Of a DNA stretch of 64,000 nt, positions 21,419-31,293 are shown in pieces. A program made the position numbers and the translations under genes. This DNA comes from an uncultured Fibrobacterota bacterium. GTDB taxonomy: Bacteria; Fibrobacterota; Chitinivibrionia; Chitinivibrionales; FEN-1185. The stretch lies in the NCBI GenBank assembly GCA_963729895.1, contig CAVSQB010000010.1:32001-96000 (forward strand), given 5' to 3'. The notes beneath the pieces are model-generated. The model was not told the DNA's origin. It was given only the letters and a program-made list of their open reading frames with translations, and did no database searches. Position 1 is the first letter of the stretch. The number at the start of each line of letters is the position of its first letter.

Positions 21419-22723
21419 CGTGTTGCCTCATAATAAAAGGTAACCGAAGGGTCAGATTCGATGCCTCACAAATGAGGTAACCGTAACAAGGTTGAAAATG
21501 GTTTTGAGTTTTCTTTCGATAGTCTTTTTTAATTGGAATGGATTGAGAGCACGGTGGGTCAGTTCAAGGCTTTGCTTGACTTCTGAAGCTATGTAAGGTG
21601 ATTCAACGATTCTTTGATAGGGAGTTTTCGGTTCTTCATAGGTCTTGCGGTATCGAGATCCTATCCGGATTTTAGATTTGAGTTTCAGCGATGGACAGAA
21701 GTGGTTTTGATAGAGAGACCACTCGTTGGCATAGAGGTCGTTAATGAGGGGAAGCGTGTCGGGGTTTTCGATCCGATCATAACCAAGCATGTGCCTGGCC
21801 TGCGCCCAGTTTTTCTGTTCGACATGGGCGTTGTCGTTTTTCTTGTAGGGACGTGACCGGGTGAACTTTACAGGGTCTTGTCGCACGGCGAAGTAGCGTT
21901 CGAGATGATAGTTGAGGAACTCGGACCCGTTATCACAGTCAAAGCCACGCAGGGCAAAAGGTATTCGTCGTTCGATGTCTTTAACCTGCTCAATGACACC
22001 CTGGGAGCCCTTATTCCACACAGCACGGCCTTCGGTCCAAGCAGTATGGATGTCAGTCATGATAAGGCTCCACACAAATTCTCCGGCAAGGCTGGTGCCG
22101 CAATGGGCAACCGTATCCGCCTCCATGAATCCAGGCTGGGTAATATCCCAGTTGTCGGTACGGATGGGGATTTGATTGCGCAGCATGGAGCCGGGCTTGG
22201 TGCCGCACAATCCCTTGCCCATACGCGTACGTAAAGGGCATAGGACGCGGTCAAGCGTGGAGCGGCTGACAGAGAGGAGCCGCGCACGGACTTCCTCGGA
22301 AAGCAGTTCAAAGGATTGTTCGTAGAATGGCAGCCATACTGGAATGACAACCTTAAGGCGGCGAGAGCACATGAAATCAGAGGCTTTCCAGATGTACTGT
22401 AACGCCTTAATAAAAAGCGGTTCAGCATATAAGGGTCTTCTTCCACGCTTGGCTTTTTGTTTCTGTTTGCGTTTTCCAAGTAGCCGGATAGCGTACTTGC
22501 GATTGTATCGGCAAATCGCACAAAACTCATCGAGAATCTGCTTTTTGCCGGCTCTGTTGGAATGGGCATATCGTTGTCGTATCGCTTCCCGATATGCTTC
22601 TTTTTCTTTGTGCCCCATAGTGGTAACCCCCTTTTTTCTTGGGTTACCTTAATTATGAGGCAACGAATCAATTGGTGCGTGTTTCGATTAAGCCTTCGGT
22701 TACATTTAATTTGAGGCAATGCG
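21419..22723 (-). mobile_element. Insertion sequence, copy 2 (1305 bp, inverted relative to copy 1; 4-bp TSD TAAG)
   Basis: Reverse complement of 9091-10395; TAAG at 21415-21418 and 22724-22727. Confidence 0.92.
21452..22618 (-). CDS. DDE (integrase-core) transposase
   Basis: Identical to the 9196-10362 protein except one K/R change (AKH vs ARH). Confidence 0.9.
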   Translation of the reverse strand: MGHKEKEAYREAIRQRYAHSNRAGKKQILDEFCAICRYNRKYAIRLLGKRKQKQKAKRGRRPLYAEPLFIKALQYIWKASDFMCSRRLKVVIPVWLPFYEQSFELLSEEVRARLLSVSRSTLDRVLCPLRTRMGKGLCGTKPGSMLRNQIPIRTDNWDITQPGFMEADTVAHCGTSLAGEFVWSLIMTDIHTAWTEGRAVWNKGSQGVIEQVKDIERRIPFALRGFDCDNGSEFLNYHLERYFAVRQDPVKFTRSRPYKKNDNAHVEQKNWAQARHMLGYDRIENPDTLPLINDLYANEWSLYQNHFCPSLKLKSKIRIGSRYRKTYEEPKTPYQRIVESPYIASEVKQSLELTHRALNPFQLKKTIERKLKTIFNLVTVTSFVRHRI

Positions 22724-22773
22724 TAAGAAGACCAACCTGTTTTTAGAACTTCTTTTTCGGGGGAATAGTTTGT

Positions 22774-25700
22774 ATGATTAGGAAATGCTCCGTCGTCCTG
22801 TGCGTTTTGTCGATGAGCATGCTTTTTCTGCTCACGTGTACGACCGGCCAAAGTCCCTTCAAGCCCCAGGACGCCTCGGTTTCATTGATCCTGCAGAATT
22901 CAAGCGGCCACAGGGACACAGCCTCCGTCACGGACACGGTGGGAAACCAGGTCCTCATCGCCATGATAGGATATCTTCCTTCTTATATTAACTCGGTGAA
23001 GGTACTCATTTGTACAAGCGCGGACACGGATACTGTTCTCACCTACCCCAAAGCAACTTTGTGGGCCGATACGCAGCGGATCAACATCAAGTTTCATTCC
23101 ATGGGCACGAGGACAGTGACGGTCGATGCTTCCCTTCAAAGGTCGGATAAGATCGTGACAGCGACAATCGTGATTGTGGAGAGGCCGGTTTGGATTTCAA
23201 CACAACCAACGAGTATCAGCGTGGACCCGAACGGGTCTGCCCTGTTTTTCGTGACTCCCAAGGATACGGGGACGTTCCGGTATCAATGGATCAAAGACGG
23301 AACACCCATCTCCGGAGCGACAAAAGATACGCTTATCATTGATCCGGTACTGGCCGCTAACGCAGGCGTTTACACCTGTCTCGTAAAAGATCAGTGGGGC
23401 GATTCAATACTTACCAATGAAGCCGTTCTAACTATTAACCAGGGTTCAACCTCCAACCACAAACCTGTGCTCAGCGTTACCGGCGTGCGAAACATCCTGA
23501 CCGCCCAGGCCTGTTCACTTTCCCTTTCCGCTACAGACCCTGATGCCGGCCAGACGCTTACCTATGCAATGATCAAGTCTCCGCAGGGCGCCACCCTGAC
23601 CGCAAACATATTCAGGTGGACTGCTCCGGCAGGACAAACAGGCGCCGACACTGCGATCTTTACGGTTACCGATAACGGAACCCCGCCCATGTCCGATACG
23701 CAGACCGTGATCATCACGGTAAGCTCGCAGATAACGGTTCCGGTCAAAGTCCCTGGCGTCAAGGCGGTTTCAAAGGCCAATGGATATTTCGTTTTTTCGT
23801 GGAACAAGGTCTCCAATGCGGATTCGTATAACATATTCCGCTCTGCAGATACGGTTGCCGCAGACTTCCAGAAGATCGGCAGCACGTCGGATTCTCTGTT
23901 CGACGATTCTGCAAAGATGACCAATTACTACTATTACGTTGTTGCGGTCAACACCGCAGGATCGTCTCCTGCGTCTGCCTTGGTTTATTCCGGCTCGATC
24001 AAGACGCCGCCTGTCATCATGGTGCTGGCCGACACCGCGGTTGCTCAAGGGAAAACCCTGAGCTTCATGGTGCAAACCATTGCCCCTGCCCAGGACACGG
24101 TTACGCTGGCAGCAACGGACACCACAGGCGTAAAACTGCCGGATTCCGCGACGTTCAATGCAAAGACCGGGATATTCACCTGGACCCCGACGTTCGGCCA
24201 GTTGGGATTGTATAAGATTGTTTTCACCGCAGGAGACGGGAATGCGGTCGCCAAAGACACGGTGAAGATCACGGTAACCAAGACCGACCGTCCGCCGGTT
24301 GTCCAGCCGCAATCGGTGAATGCGGGCAGGAACCAGGCCATCACCATTACTCTTGCGGCGACCGATCCTGACGGCGATGCTATTACGCAATGGCAAGTGA
24401 CCCAGAAACCGGACAATGGAACGGCGACTCTTGCCGACTCTACAAAAGGGAGTGTGGTGTATACGCCGAACACTGGTTTTATCGGCACAGACACCTTTGC
24501 GGTGCGGGCCTCCGACGGCACGTTGTGGAGCGTGGCATCTGCAAACGTGATCGTCACGGTCGACTCAAGCAAGGTTGCGCCCAAGATACAAGTGCAGCCC
24601 AGGCCGGATACCACCGTGAACCAAGGCGGGTCGGTCACGTTTACGGTTGGTATTAACAGCGGCGCCTTCCCGACACCCACGTTTACATGGTACAAAGGGA
24701 CCAAAGGAAGCGGCGCGAGCCTGCAGGCCGGCACAAGCCCGACATATCAAAAGACGGGCGTGGTTGCCGCGGACTCGGGAAACTATTATGTGGTTGTTTC
24801 AAATGCATCGGGCGCTGACACGTCGGCGTATGCGCATCTGGCGGTGAATGCGCCGGCTTCGGCACCAATGCTGGCGTCACCTGCTAACGGCGCAACCGGA
24901 CTGCCTGTTTCTTTGACGCTGGTTTGGAACAAAGTCCCTGGCGCATTGGCGTATTATGTACAGGTCGCTTCCGACACCGGATTTACCATTATGCTGGTTT
25001 CCGACTCGACGCAAACCGACACCACAAAGGCGATATCCGGGTTCTCTAAGGGATCCACGTACTACTGGCGGGTGATGGCGAGGAACGCAGTCGGCACAGG
25101 CGCATGGTCGGCTAAAACGAGCTTTACAACAATAAAACAGTTCGCTCTTATGGTAACTGCAACAAGCGGGGCGGTGACGAAGACTCCGAACGCTACACAG
25201 TATGACTCCGGAACCGTTGTCGGCTTGAAAGCTTTGCCAAATGCAGGGTATCAATTTGGAAATTGGACCGGAGACGCAACAAGTTCGACAGATTCGGCAA
25301 CCGTAGTGATGAACGGGACAAAGAATGTAACGGCAAACTTCAGCGTTATTCAATATCAGCTGACCGTAACGGCCGGGACCGGCGGCACAGTAACGGCGCC
25401 GGCAACATCACCCGCGACGGTAAACAGTGGTGCGCAAACGACGATAACAGCTTCGCCAAGCGTGGGGTACAAATTCGTGAACTGGACAAAAACAAGCGGC
25501 TCTTGTACAATAGCCGACTCTACGCAGGCAACGACGACCGTGAAGGATACTTCGGGAAATGCGACGGTACAGGCGAATTTTGCGGCGTTGGCGTGTTCGT
25601 GGAACCAAGTGCTCAGCAACAATTCATCCACTCAAGATATTTTTTCGATTGCTGCTTGCGGAAATACAATAATGGCGGGACAACAACAATTGGGGATACA

Positions 25701-26436
25701 ACGTTCCACGGATAATGGGACAACTTGGTCATACCTTTTTGAAGGAGGCCCGTATGTCAATGCTATTTATCGGTTTGGAACGCACACACTTGCAGGATCT
25801 TCTGGAAGCTCGCCAGGCATTTATGTTTCTCCTGACAGCGGGGCGACCTGGACACAGCCACTCGTAGGGACCAAAGTCTATAGTTTTGCCTCAGCGGGTG
25901 ACACTCTGTATGCAGGGACCAATGGTGCAGGGGTAGTTTCCTCCGCAGATAACGGGACGACGTGGAATTCTGATCCCTCCAATGATTTGGAGGCAACCAG
26001 TATATATGCTGTGGCTGTTAGCGGGGCAACTCTCTATGCCGGAACTGATAATGGATTGTACTACCGCTCCAGTCCCAATTGGTATGCTGTTACTGCTATA
26101 CCGAGTATTTCTGTTTACACCTTGGTGACAAATGGTGAGGCGCTGTTTGCGGGTACTAGTTCCGGCCTCTATCGACTCAACAACACTACCGGAATTTGGG
26201 CTGTCGTAGACACCGGCTTAACTAATACGACAATTAATTCACTGGTCGCGAGCGGCAATTATTTGTTCGCCGCAACAGGTGGCGGGGTTTTTATTACCAC
26301 AAACAATGGCAACAATTGGAGCCCCGTTAACGGTGGACTGCCTGGCGGGAGCGTCGCTGCTGGTCCTCTTGCGGTGAACAGCACATCAATCTTCATGGGT
26401 TCAGGCTACAGTGTTTACAGATCGCCATTACCTTAA
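22774..26436 (+). CDS. Large surface lipoprotein: Ig/cadherin-like, FN3, InlB-B-repeat-like domains and C-terminal BNR beta-propeller
   Basis: Lipobox-like 'LFLLTC'; 'YQWIKDG..AGVYTC'; 'ATDPDGD'; 'GYQFGNWTGD..KNVTANF'; Asp-boxes 'STDNGTTW', 'SPDSGATW', 'SADNGTTW'. Confidence 0.8.
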   Translation: MIRKCSVVLCVLSMSMLFLLTCTTGQSPFKPQDASVSLILQNSSGHRDTASVTDTVGNQVLIAMIGYLPSYINSVKVLICTSADTDTVLTYPKATLWADTQRINIKFHSMGTRTVTVDASLQRSDKIVTATIVIVERPVWISTQPTSISVDPNGSALFFVTPKDTGTFRYQWIKDGTPISGATKDTLIIDPVLAANAGVYTCLVKDQWGDSILTNEAVLTINQGSTSNHKPVLSVTGVRNILTAQACSLSLSATDPDAGQTLTYAMIKSPQGATLTANIFRWTAPAGQTGADTAIFTVTDNGTPPMSDTQTVIITVSSQITVPVKVPGVKAVSKANGYFVFSWNKVSNADSYNIFRSADTVAADFQKIGSTSDSLFDDSAKMTNYYYYVVAVNTAGSSPASALVYSGSIKTPPVIMVLADTAVAQGKTLSFMVQTIAPAQDTVTLAATDTTGVKLPDSATFNAKTGIFTWTPTFGQLGLYKIVFTAGDGNAVAKDTVKITVTKTDRPPVVQPQSVNAGRNQAITITLAATDPDGDAITQWQVTQKPDNGTATLADSTKGSVVYTPNTGFIGTDTFAVRASDGTLWSVASANVIVTVDSSKVAPKIQVQPRPDTTVNQGGSVTFTVGINSGAFPTPTFTWYKGTKGSGASLQAGTSPTYQKTGVVAADSGNYYVVVSNASGADTSAYAHLAVNAPASAPMLASPANGATGLPVSLTLVWNKVPGALAYYVQVASDTGFTIMLVSDSTQTDTTKAISGFSKGSTYYWRVMARNAVGTGAWSAKTSFTTIKQFALMVTATSGAVTKTPNATQYDSGTVVGLKALPNAGYQFGNWTGDATSSTDSATVVMNGTKNVTANFSVIQYQLTVTAGTGGTVTAPATSPATVNSGAQTTITASPSVGYKFVNWTKTSGSCTIADSTQATTTVKDTSGNATVQANFAALACSWNQVLSNNSSTQDIFSIAACGNTIMAGQQQLGIQRSTDNGTTWSYLFEGGPYVNAIYRFGTHTLAGSSGSSPGIYVSPDSGATWTQPLVGTKVYSFASAGDTLYAGTNGAGVVSSADNGTTWNSDPSNDLEATSIYAVAVSGATLYAGTDNGLYYRSSPNWYAVTAIPSISVYTLVTNGEALFAGTSSGLYRLNNTTGIWAVVDTGLTNTTINSLVASGNYLFAATGGGVFITTNNGNNWSPVNGGLPGGSVAAGPLAVNSTSIFMGSGYSVYRSPLP

Positions 26437-26551
26437 GGTTTCCCTTTGAAACGCCACAAAGCAAAAAGGCCCAATTGTATGTTGCAATTTGGGCCTTCCT
26501 GACGAGAATCTTCGGCCTAGAGGCCACACCTCAAAGGTCGAAAAAAATGCC

Positions 26552-28117
26552 TTAATACCCCACCGCGAGCTCCAACCACGAAACATTCCCGTGCTCAATA
26601 TAGGAAGACCAATTTTCCCAATCATCGTATGGAAACCCATAACATTTGTTATCTATGGAACGTCTATGAAGGAAATAGGAATAGAAGCAACAGGGTGCCG
26701 CCTTGTAAAAATATGAGTCGTCTTGCATTTGAATAGGAATATCTGCGTTGTTGTCGCAACCACCACTTATCATAACATGCCTGTAGCAAGCGGCAGAGAT
26801 GCAAGGGGAAGCGATACCATTCAAATAAGGTGTTTCACCGACCCCGAAGGCGGCGCAATACTTATCGGAGTAGGTGGCATATTTCCCGCCTGGTCCCACA
26901 TCCGAGCCGTTGGTGCCGGGATTCGGTATTTTATATGGGGCCTGCATAGTCCCGAGTTTCGAGAACTCGTAGGGCACCTCGTTCTCAAACTCATCGAAGT
27001 ACGACTGGCGTGTCTGGTAATACACGGAGTATTGGTCACCGCGAACCGTGTCAAAGCCATCCGTACAATGCAACCGGTACATCATGGGAGTGCCAAAGGC
27101 GTCTACACGTGTGGTATTGCCGTGAAACCAGAGGCTGCCGTTCAGCATGCCGTTCGTATGTTCCTCAAAATCCCAAACCTGGTTCGACGGTCTCAAATTT
27201 CCAGCGGCCGGGTTGTACCCGACCATTATGTAAAGCCTGCCAGACCCGCTTGTGGTGAAATCTATATGTGCCGAATCGCTGAGCCGGACCGCAGCCCCGC
27301 CGTCACCAATTGCCCAATAAATCTGGCTGTCCGCCCATACGCCGTTGGTCCTGTTCAGAACGGTATACCATATATGGCCGGCCTGTTTCATTACATTTGC
27401 CGTGTCCCAGAACGTATCGGTGTCCCCATTCCAGGTATTATTTTTTGTCAACGTGAAATCGAATTGACCGGCCAGCGCCTGTATCGGCGTCACGCCGAGC
27501 GTATAGCCTGGTTCGGTGGCATGCAATGTGTCGACCACTGCCGCGAGTTTCTCCATACGCGTCTGAAATTCCGGGGTGTTTTGCACAATCGACCCGCCGG
27601 CACTGCGGGTTGCAGGCTGAAGCCTCATGACGGTCGAGGCGCCGTTGATGGTTACCCGGAGCATGTAAAACTGCGACGAAATACCGCGTGTGTCAATCGA
27701 TGCGGAGTAATTTCCGGTGGACTTGGTGCAGTTCAGCACATTTTCCACGAACCGTCCCGCAAGATCGTATATGTTCATCTTCACCGACGCGTTGTCCTGC
27801 GGCACGCTGAACAACACTTTCCCGCCCACGTACCTCGGTTGCGAAAACGCATCGCCCCGCATATTCGTGCCAGGGATAATGGTGTTGACGGCGCACGTCC
27901 CTGTTCCCAGGTGGTACTGACCGTTGCTGTCGGTGGTGGTATAGTACGGTTCGTTACCGTACGCATCGGTAAACCGTGTCTGGCCCAACCTTACCAGCGT
28001 GTTGGTAAGGGGCTTCCCGCCCGGGTCTGTCACCATTCCGCAGATGTTAACGGTCTGGGAAAAGACATATCCCGCGAAAAACGCCACCATCAAACACGAC
28101 ACTGCCGCTCTTTTCAT
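26552..28117 (-). CDS. Secreted GH64-like beta-1,3-glucanase (paralog A)
   Basis: Signal peptide; 'WDFEEHT...NTTRVD' (candidate catalytic Glu/Asp) and 'YGFPYDD' resemble GH64. Confidence 0.72.
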   Translation of the reverse strand: MKRAAVSCLMVAFFAGYVFSQTVNICGMVTDPGGKPLTNTLVRLGQTRFTDAYGNEPYYTTTDSNGQYHLGTGTCAVNTIIPGTNMRGDAFSQPRYVGGKVLFSVPQDNASVKMNIYDLAGRFVENVLNCTKSTGNYSASIDTRGISSQFYMLRVTINGASTVMRLQPATRSAGGSIVQNTPEFQTRMEKLAAVVDTLHATEPGYTLGVTPIQALAGQFDFTLTKNNTWNGDTDTFWDTANVMKQAGHIWYTVLNRTNGVWADSQIYWAIGDGGAAVRLSDSAHIDFTTSGSGRLYIMVGYNPAAGNLRPSNQVWDFEEHTNGMLNGSLWFHGNTTRVDAFGTPMMYRLHCTDGFDTVRGDQYSVYYQTRQSYFDEFENEVPYEFSKLGTMQAPYKIPNPGTNGSDVGPGGKYATYSDKYCAAFGVGETPYLNGIASPCISAACYRHVMISGGCDNNADIPIQMQDDSYFYKAAPCCFYSYFLHRRSIDNKCYGFPYDDWENWSSYIEHGNVSWLELAVGY

Positions 28118-28240
28118 TTCACCCTCCCCTTCTTGATTGCTAAGGACTTTAGAATAAACAGGGAATGATTACCTCTCAATTCAGAACAGGTTATTTCTGA
28201 AAGGAGAGGTAACCTTCTTGATCTGGCGCAAACCTTCTGT

Positions 28241-29797
28241 CTACCACCCTATCGCAATGGCCAACCATTGGACATTGGACTGGCCCAAATACGCGGCATG
28301 GCCGCCATCGTCGTCGTAGGGAAATCCGTAATCCTTGTTATACAACCCACGGCGGTGGCACCAATATGAAAAGTAGTTGCACGGCGCCGCCTTGTAGTAA
28401 TTGGTGTCGTTATACCAGATCGCGTTATTCGTGCCTTTCGGAAGTGTTCCGACGTGCCTGTTGACGGCGGCAGAATAGTCAGGCGAGGAGCCCATTCCCG
28501 GTGCCGCACAGGCAAAAATGTTGATGGTAGACGATACGGTTTGCCCCGGGTTGTAGGCGATAACCGAATCCTCATATTTGGTGAAGTAATCCACATACGG
28601 GCCGCCCGTGCCGAAAATGTTGACAGGCGAGGTATGCGGCGCCCAGATGTTGGCAAAATCATGCGTAGCAAGACCGGTAAACTCCTTCGGCACCTCGTTC
28701 TTGAACTCGTCAAAATGTGCCTGGCGTGACTGATAGAACATTTCATACGCATCGCCGAGTGCGTTATCCTGACCGGTAGAGCTATGAACCCTGAAAGCTA
28801 TCGGGAGCCTCCATCCATCCACCCGGGTGGTATTGCCCATCCACGAACCATTGTAATTGACTTCGACGAAATCAAAATATCTGTTTCCAGAATCGTTGGG
28901 AGCAACCCAAATGTAGAACCTTCCATTGCCGTTGGGGATCGGCAGCGTGGGGTTCGTGGCAATGGAGGTTTTTGCTCCGTTCTGCTGAATACTCCAGAAA
29001 ATCTTGCTGTCAGGGAACGCGCCGTTGGTCCTGTTCAGAATGACGTACGAGGCATTCGTCGGGTAGGTGCTCGTGTTTCCCCAGAAGGCAGCCGTATCGC
29101 CATTCCAGGTGGTGGTCTTGGTCAGCGCGAAGTCGTAAGTTCCCGCCAACGCCTGAATCGGCGTGACGCCGATCGAATAGCCCGGTACGGTCGCGTGCAG
29201 GGTATCCACGATATCCGCGAGCTTCTCCAAGCTGGCCTGGAATTCCAATGCATTCTGAATAACGGCGCCGGCAAAACCGCGCGAAGCCGGCCGTAACCGT
29301 ATCACGGAGGCCGCACCGTTGATGGTCACCCGAAGCAGATAAAGCTGGGAAGAAATGCCGCGTGTGTCAAGCGACACCGAATAATTGCCCTTGGAGAGGG
29401 TCTTGTTCATCACGTCACGCACGAACCTACCCGCCAAGTCATATATGCTCATCCTCACCAATGCAGTGCTCGCCGGTAGGCTGAACAAGACTTTCCCGCC
29501 CACGTAGACGGGCTGTGAAAAGGCGTCTCCTCGCATCTGGGCGCTCGGAATGATGGTTTTCACAGGTGGGCAAGTTCCCGGTCCCAGCCGGTAATGACCG
29601 TTGTTGTCGGTTTTGATTATGTACGGCGAGGGTCCAAATCCGCTGTCATACGTTGCCTGCCCCAACCTGACCAATCCGTTGGTCAGCGGTTGACCATTCG
29701 TTGCGTCTGTAATCGTTCCACAAATGTTGGGAACCTGGGAAAAAACAGAGCCGGCGACAAAGGCCAACATCAGAAACGACACTGCTGCTCTTTTCAT
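28241..29797 (-). CDS. Secreted GH64-like beta-1,3-glucanase (paralog B)
   Basis: 'YFDFVEVN...NTTRVD', 'YYKAAPCNYFS', 'YGFPYDD'; start at MKRAAVS with the same RBS context as paralog A. Confidence 0.72.
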   Translation of the reverse strand: MKRAAVSFLMLAFVAGSVFSQVPNICGTITDATNGQPLTNGLVRLGQATYDSGFGPSPYIIKTDNNGHYRLGPGTCPPVKTIIPSAQMRGDAFSQPVYVGGKVLFSLPASTALVRMSIYDLAGRFVRDVMNKTLSKGNYSVSLDTRGISSQLYLLRVTINGAASVIRLRPASRGFAGAVIQNALEFQASLEKLADIVDTLHATVPGYSIGVTPIQALAGTYDFALTKTTTWNGDTAAFWGNTSTYPTNASYVILNRTNGAFPDSKIFWSIQQNGAKTSIATNPTLPIPNGNGRFYIWVAPNDSGNRYFDFVEVNYNGSWMGNTTRVDGWRLPIAFRVHSSTGQDNALGDAYEMFYQSRQAHFDEFKNEVPKEFTGLATHDFANIWAPHTSPVNIFGTGGPYVDYFTKYEDSVIAYNPGQTVSSTINIFACAAPGMGSSPDYSAAVNRHVGTLPKGTNNAIWYNDTNYYKAAPCNYFSYWCHRRGLYNKDYGFPYDDDGGHAAYLGQSNVQWLAIAIGW

Positions 29798-29850
29798 TTC
29801 ACCCTCCCCTTTTTGATTGAGATCAATAAAAACTCTGTGACGTAGATCCG

Positions 29851-30861
29851 CTACTTTACCGCCACCGTGCTCTGGGCAAGCAACCGGCTGCCGTTCCTGA
29901 GCACCGCAACGTACACTCCCTTGGAAACCCCGGCCAGCGTCATGACACCGGAAGTTCCTTTCACTTCCGATTGAGCAACCAATCGGCCCGCGAAGCTGTA
30001 CAGCCCGAGCCAAGCTCGGCCGCCGGCATGCGTGCCGGTTATTGAGTATCTCAGGACATTGTCCCTGCCGCCTGCTATCGCGTCGGCATTGAGGCTCGAA
30101 AGGTTCATGGACGGCTTCCATTCAACCGCGCTCCCCTTGTCGTTGAAATAGCCGAATTCGATGACGTAATCCGGCCCTATGCCGTTTGAGTATGTGCATT
30201 GGTCAAGGCTTGCCAGATCGTCATAGGCATAGCTGTAGGCCCACGGGCACGCGTCCTTGAACAGTTCGGAATACGAAGTTGGGTGACACGTTTGCGGGGT
30301 GCTGTACGCCCCGGTGCAGCAGAATGAGTCTGCGTGGAATTTCGCGCATGCGCTCAGGCATTGGACCACGTCGCCGTTGGTTCCTTTCACCTGCAACTCC
30401 GGAGGACAGCTCGGAAGAAGGTCTTTGGTGCACCCGACGGTGTCGCACATATAGGCGGTTGTCGTCGTGGCGAATGTTCCCGCTACCGGATACATACGCA
30501 CCGGAAGATTGTATCCGTCAACAAGGCTCACGTCGTACCAGTCATCGTTGTTGTTGGAGCCCATAGTCCATTCCGCAAGCGACAGCGACCCCATGTTCGT
30601 TGTGCCGGGATACGTCCCCGAGCAACGGGCGGAAGCCCATCCGAAGGCGTGTTCGATGACAATGCTGTCGCCGGGATTCATCGTCTGGTTGGCGTACCCG
30701 GAGAGTTCCAAGGTAAACGCCTTGTCCAAATGATTCATGATGATTACATGCCGCACGGTTTGGCCTGCCGCATTTTTGTGCGGCCAGCCCGTGGCATCCT
30801 GAGGAAATCCTGTACCGCTGAGAACTGAGCACAAAACGAAACAGGCAAGAACTTCGCGCAT
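29851..30861 (-). CDS. Secreted thaumatin-like protein (PR-5 family) with C-terminal sorting-like domain
   Basis: 'SLAEWT..DWYDVSLVDGYNLP', 'CPPELQV', 'CLSAC..FCCTGAY', 'FKDACPWAYSYAYDD'; C-terminal 'LYSFAGRLV..KGVYVAVL'. Confidence 0.88.
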   Translation of the reverse strand: MREVLACFVLCSVLSGTGFPQDATGWPHKNAAGQTVRHVIIMNHLDKAFTLELSGYANQTMNPGDSIVIEHAFGWASARCSGTYPGTTNMGSLSLAEWTMGSNNNDDWYDVSLVDGYNLPVRMYPVAGTFATTTTAYMCDTVGCTKDLLPSCPPELQVKGTNGDVVQCLSACAKFHADSFCCTGAYSTPQTCHPTSYSELFKDACPWAYSYAYDDLASLDQCTYSNGIGPDYVIEFGYFNDKGSAVEWKPSMNLSSLNADAIAGGRDNVLRYSITGTHAGGRAWLGLYSFAGRLVAQSEVKGTSGVMTLAGVSKGVYVAVLRNGSRLLAQSTVAVK

Positions 30862-31293
30862 CCGCCCCTCCTGAATAAGCCCCCCCTCATTGTGAAACAA
30901 TCAACCAAGGGCCTTTCATATGCCAAAAACAATCCCTCTTCCCCCGCGCAACCTCCTTTATCAAGAACTCCTAATTTCTTCTTGTAGTTTAATCGCTAAA
31001 GTGCCTGTCGAAATTATTGAGTAACCTCATTGCGCCGCAACAAATGTTCCCAATCCGGTATTACAACAACACGGCGGTTAAATCAAACCGTACATGCAAT
31101 AATTTACATTATTAATATCTAATTGCATTAAAAAAGTTTAACGAATTAAACTATTCGTATCCATATTGTATACGGGATTTTTGCCGGAATCCGGGCGCCG
31201 GTGCCTCGGATGGCAAGAATGAATCAACGGCGGTTCTGGTGCACGAAATCTTCCAAGAGGCGGATCGTCGGGAAGCGGACAACCGTGGACAGA

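Noticed and set aside
9091..22723. Composite transposon formed by the two inverted IS copies
   Set aside because: Each copy has its own TSD (GAGCG; TAAG), the outer flanks do not match, and the interior is housekeeping genes, so these are independent insertions
26552..29797. DGR template/variable repeat pair
   Set aside because: Similarity spans whole paralogous genes, differences are not adenine-specific, and there is no reverse transcriptase in the window
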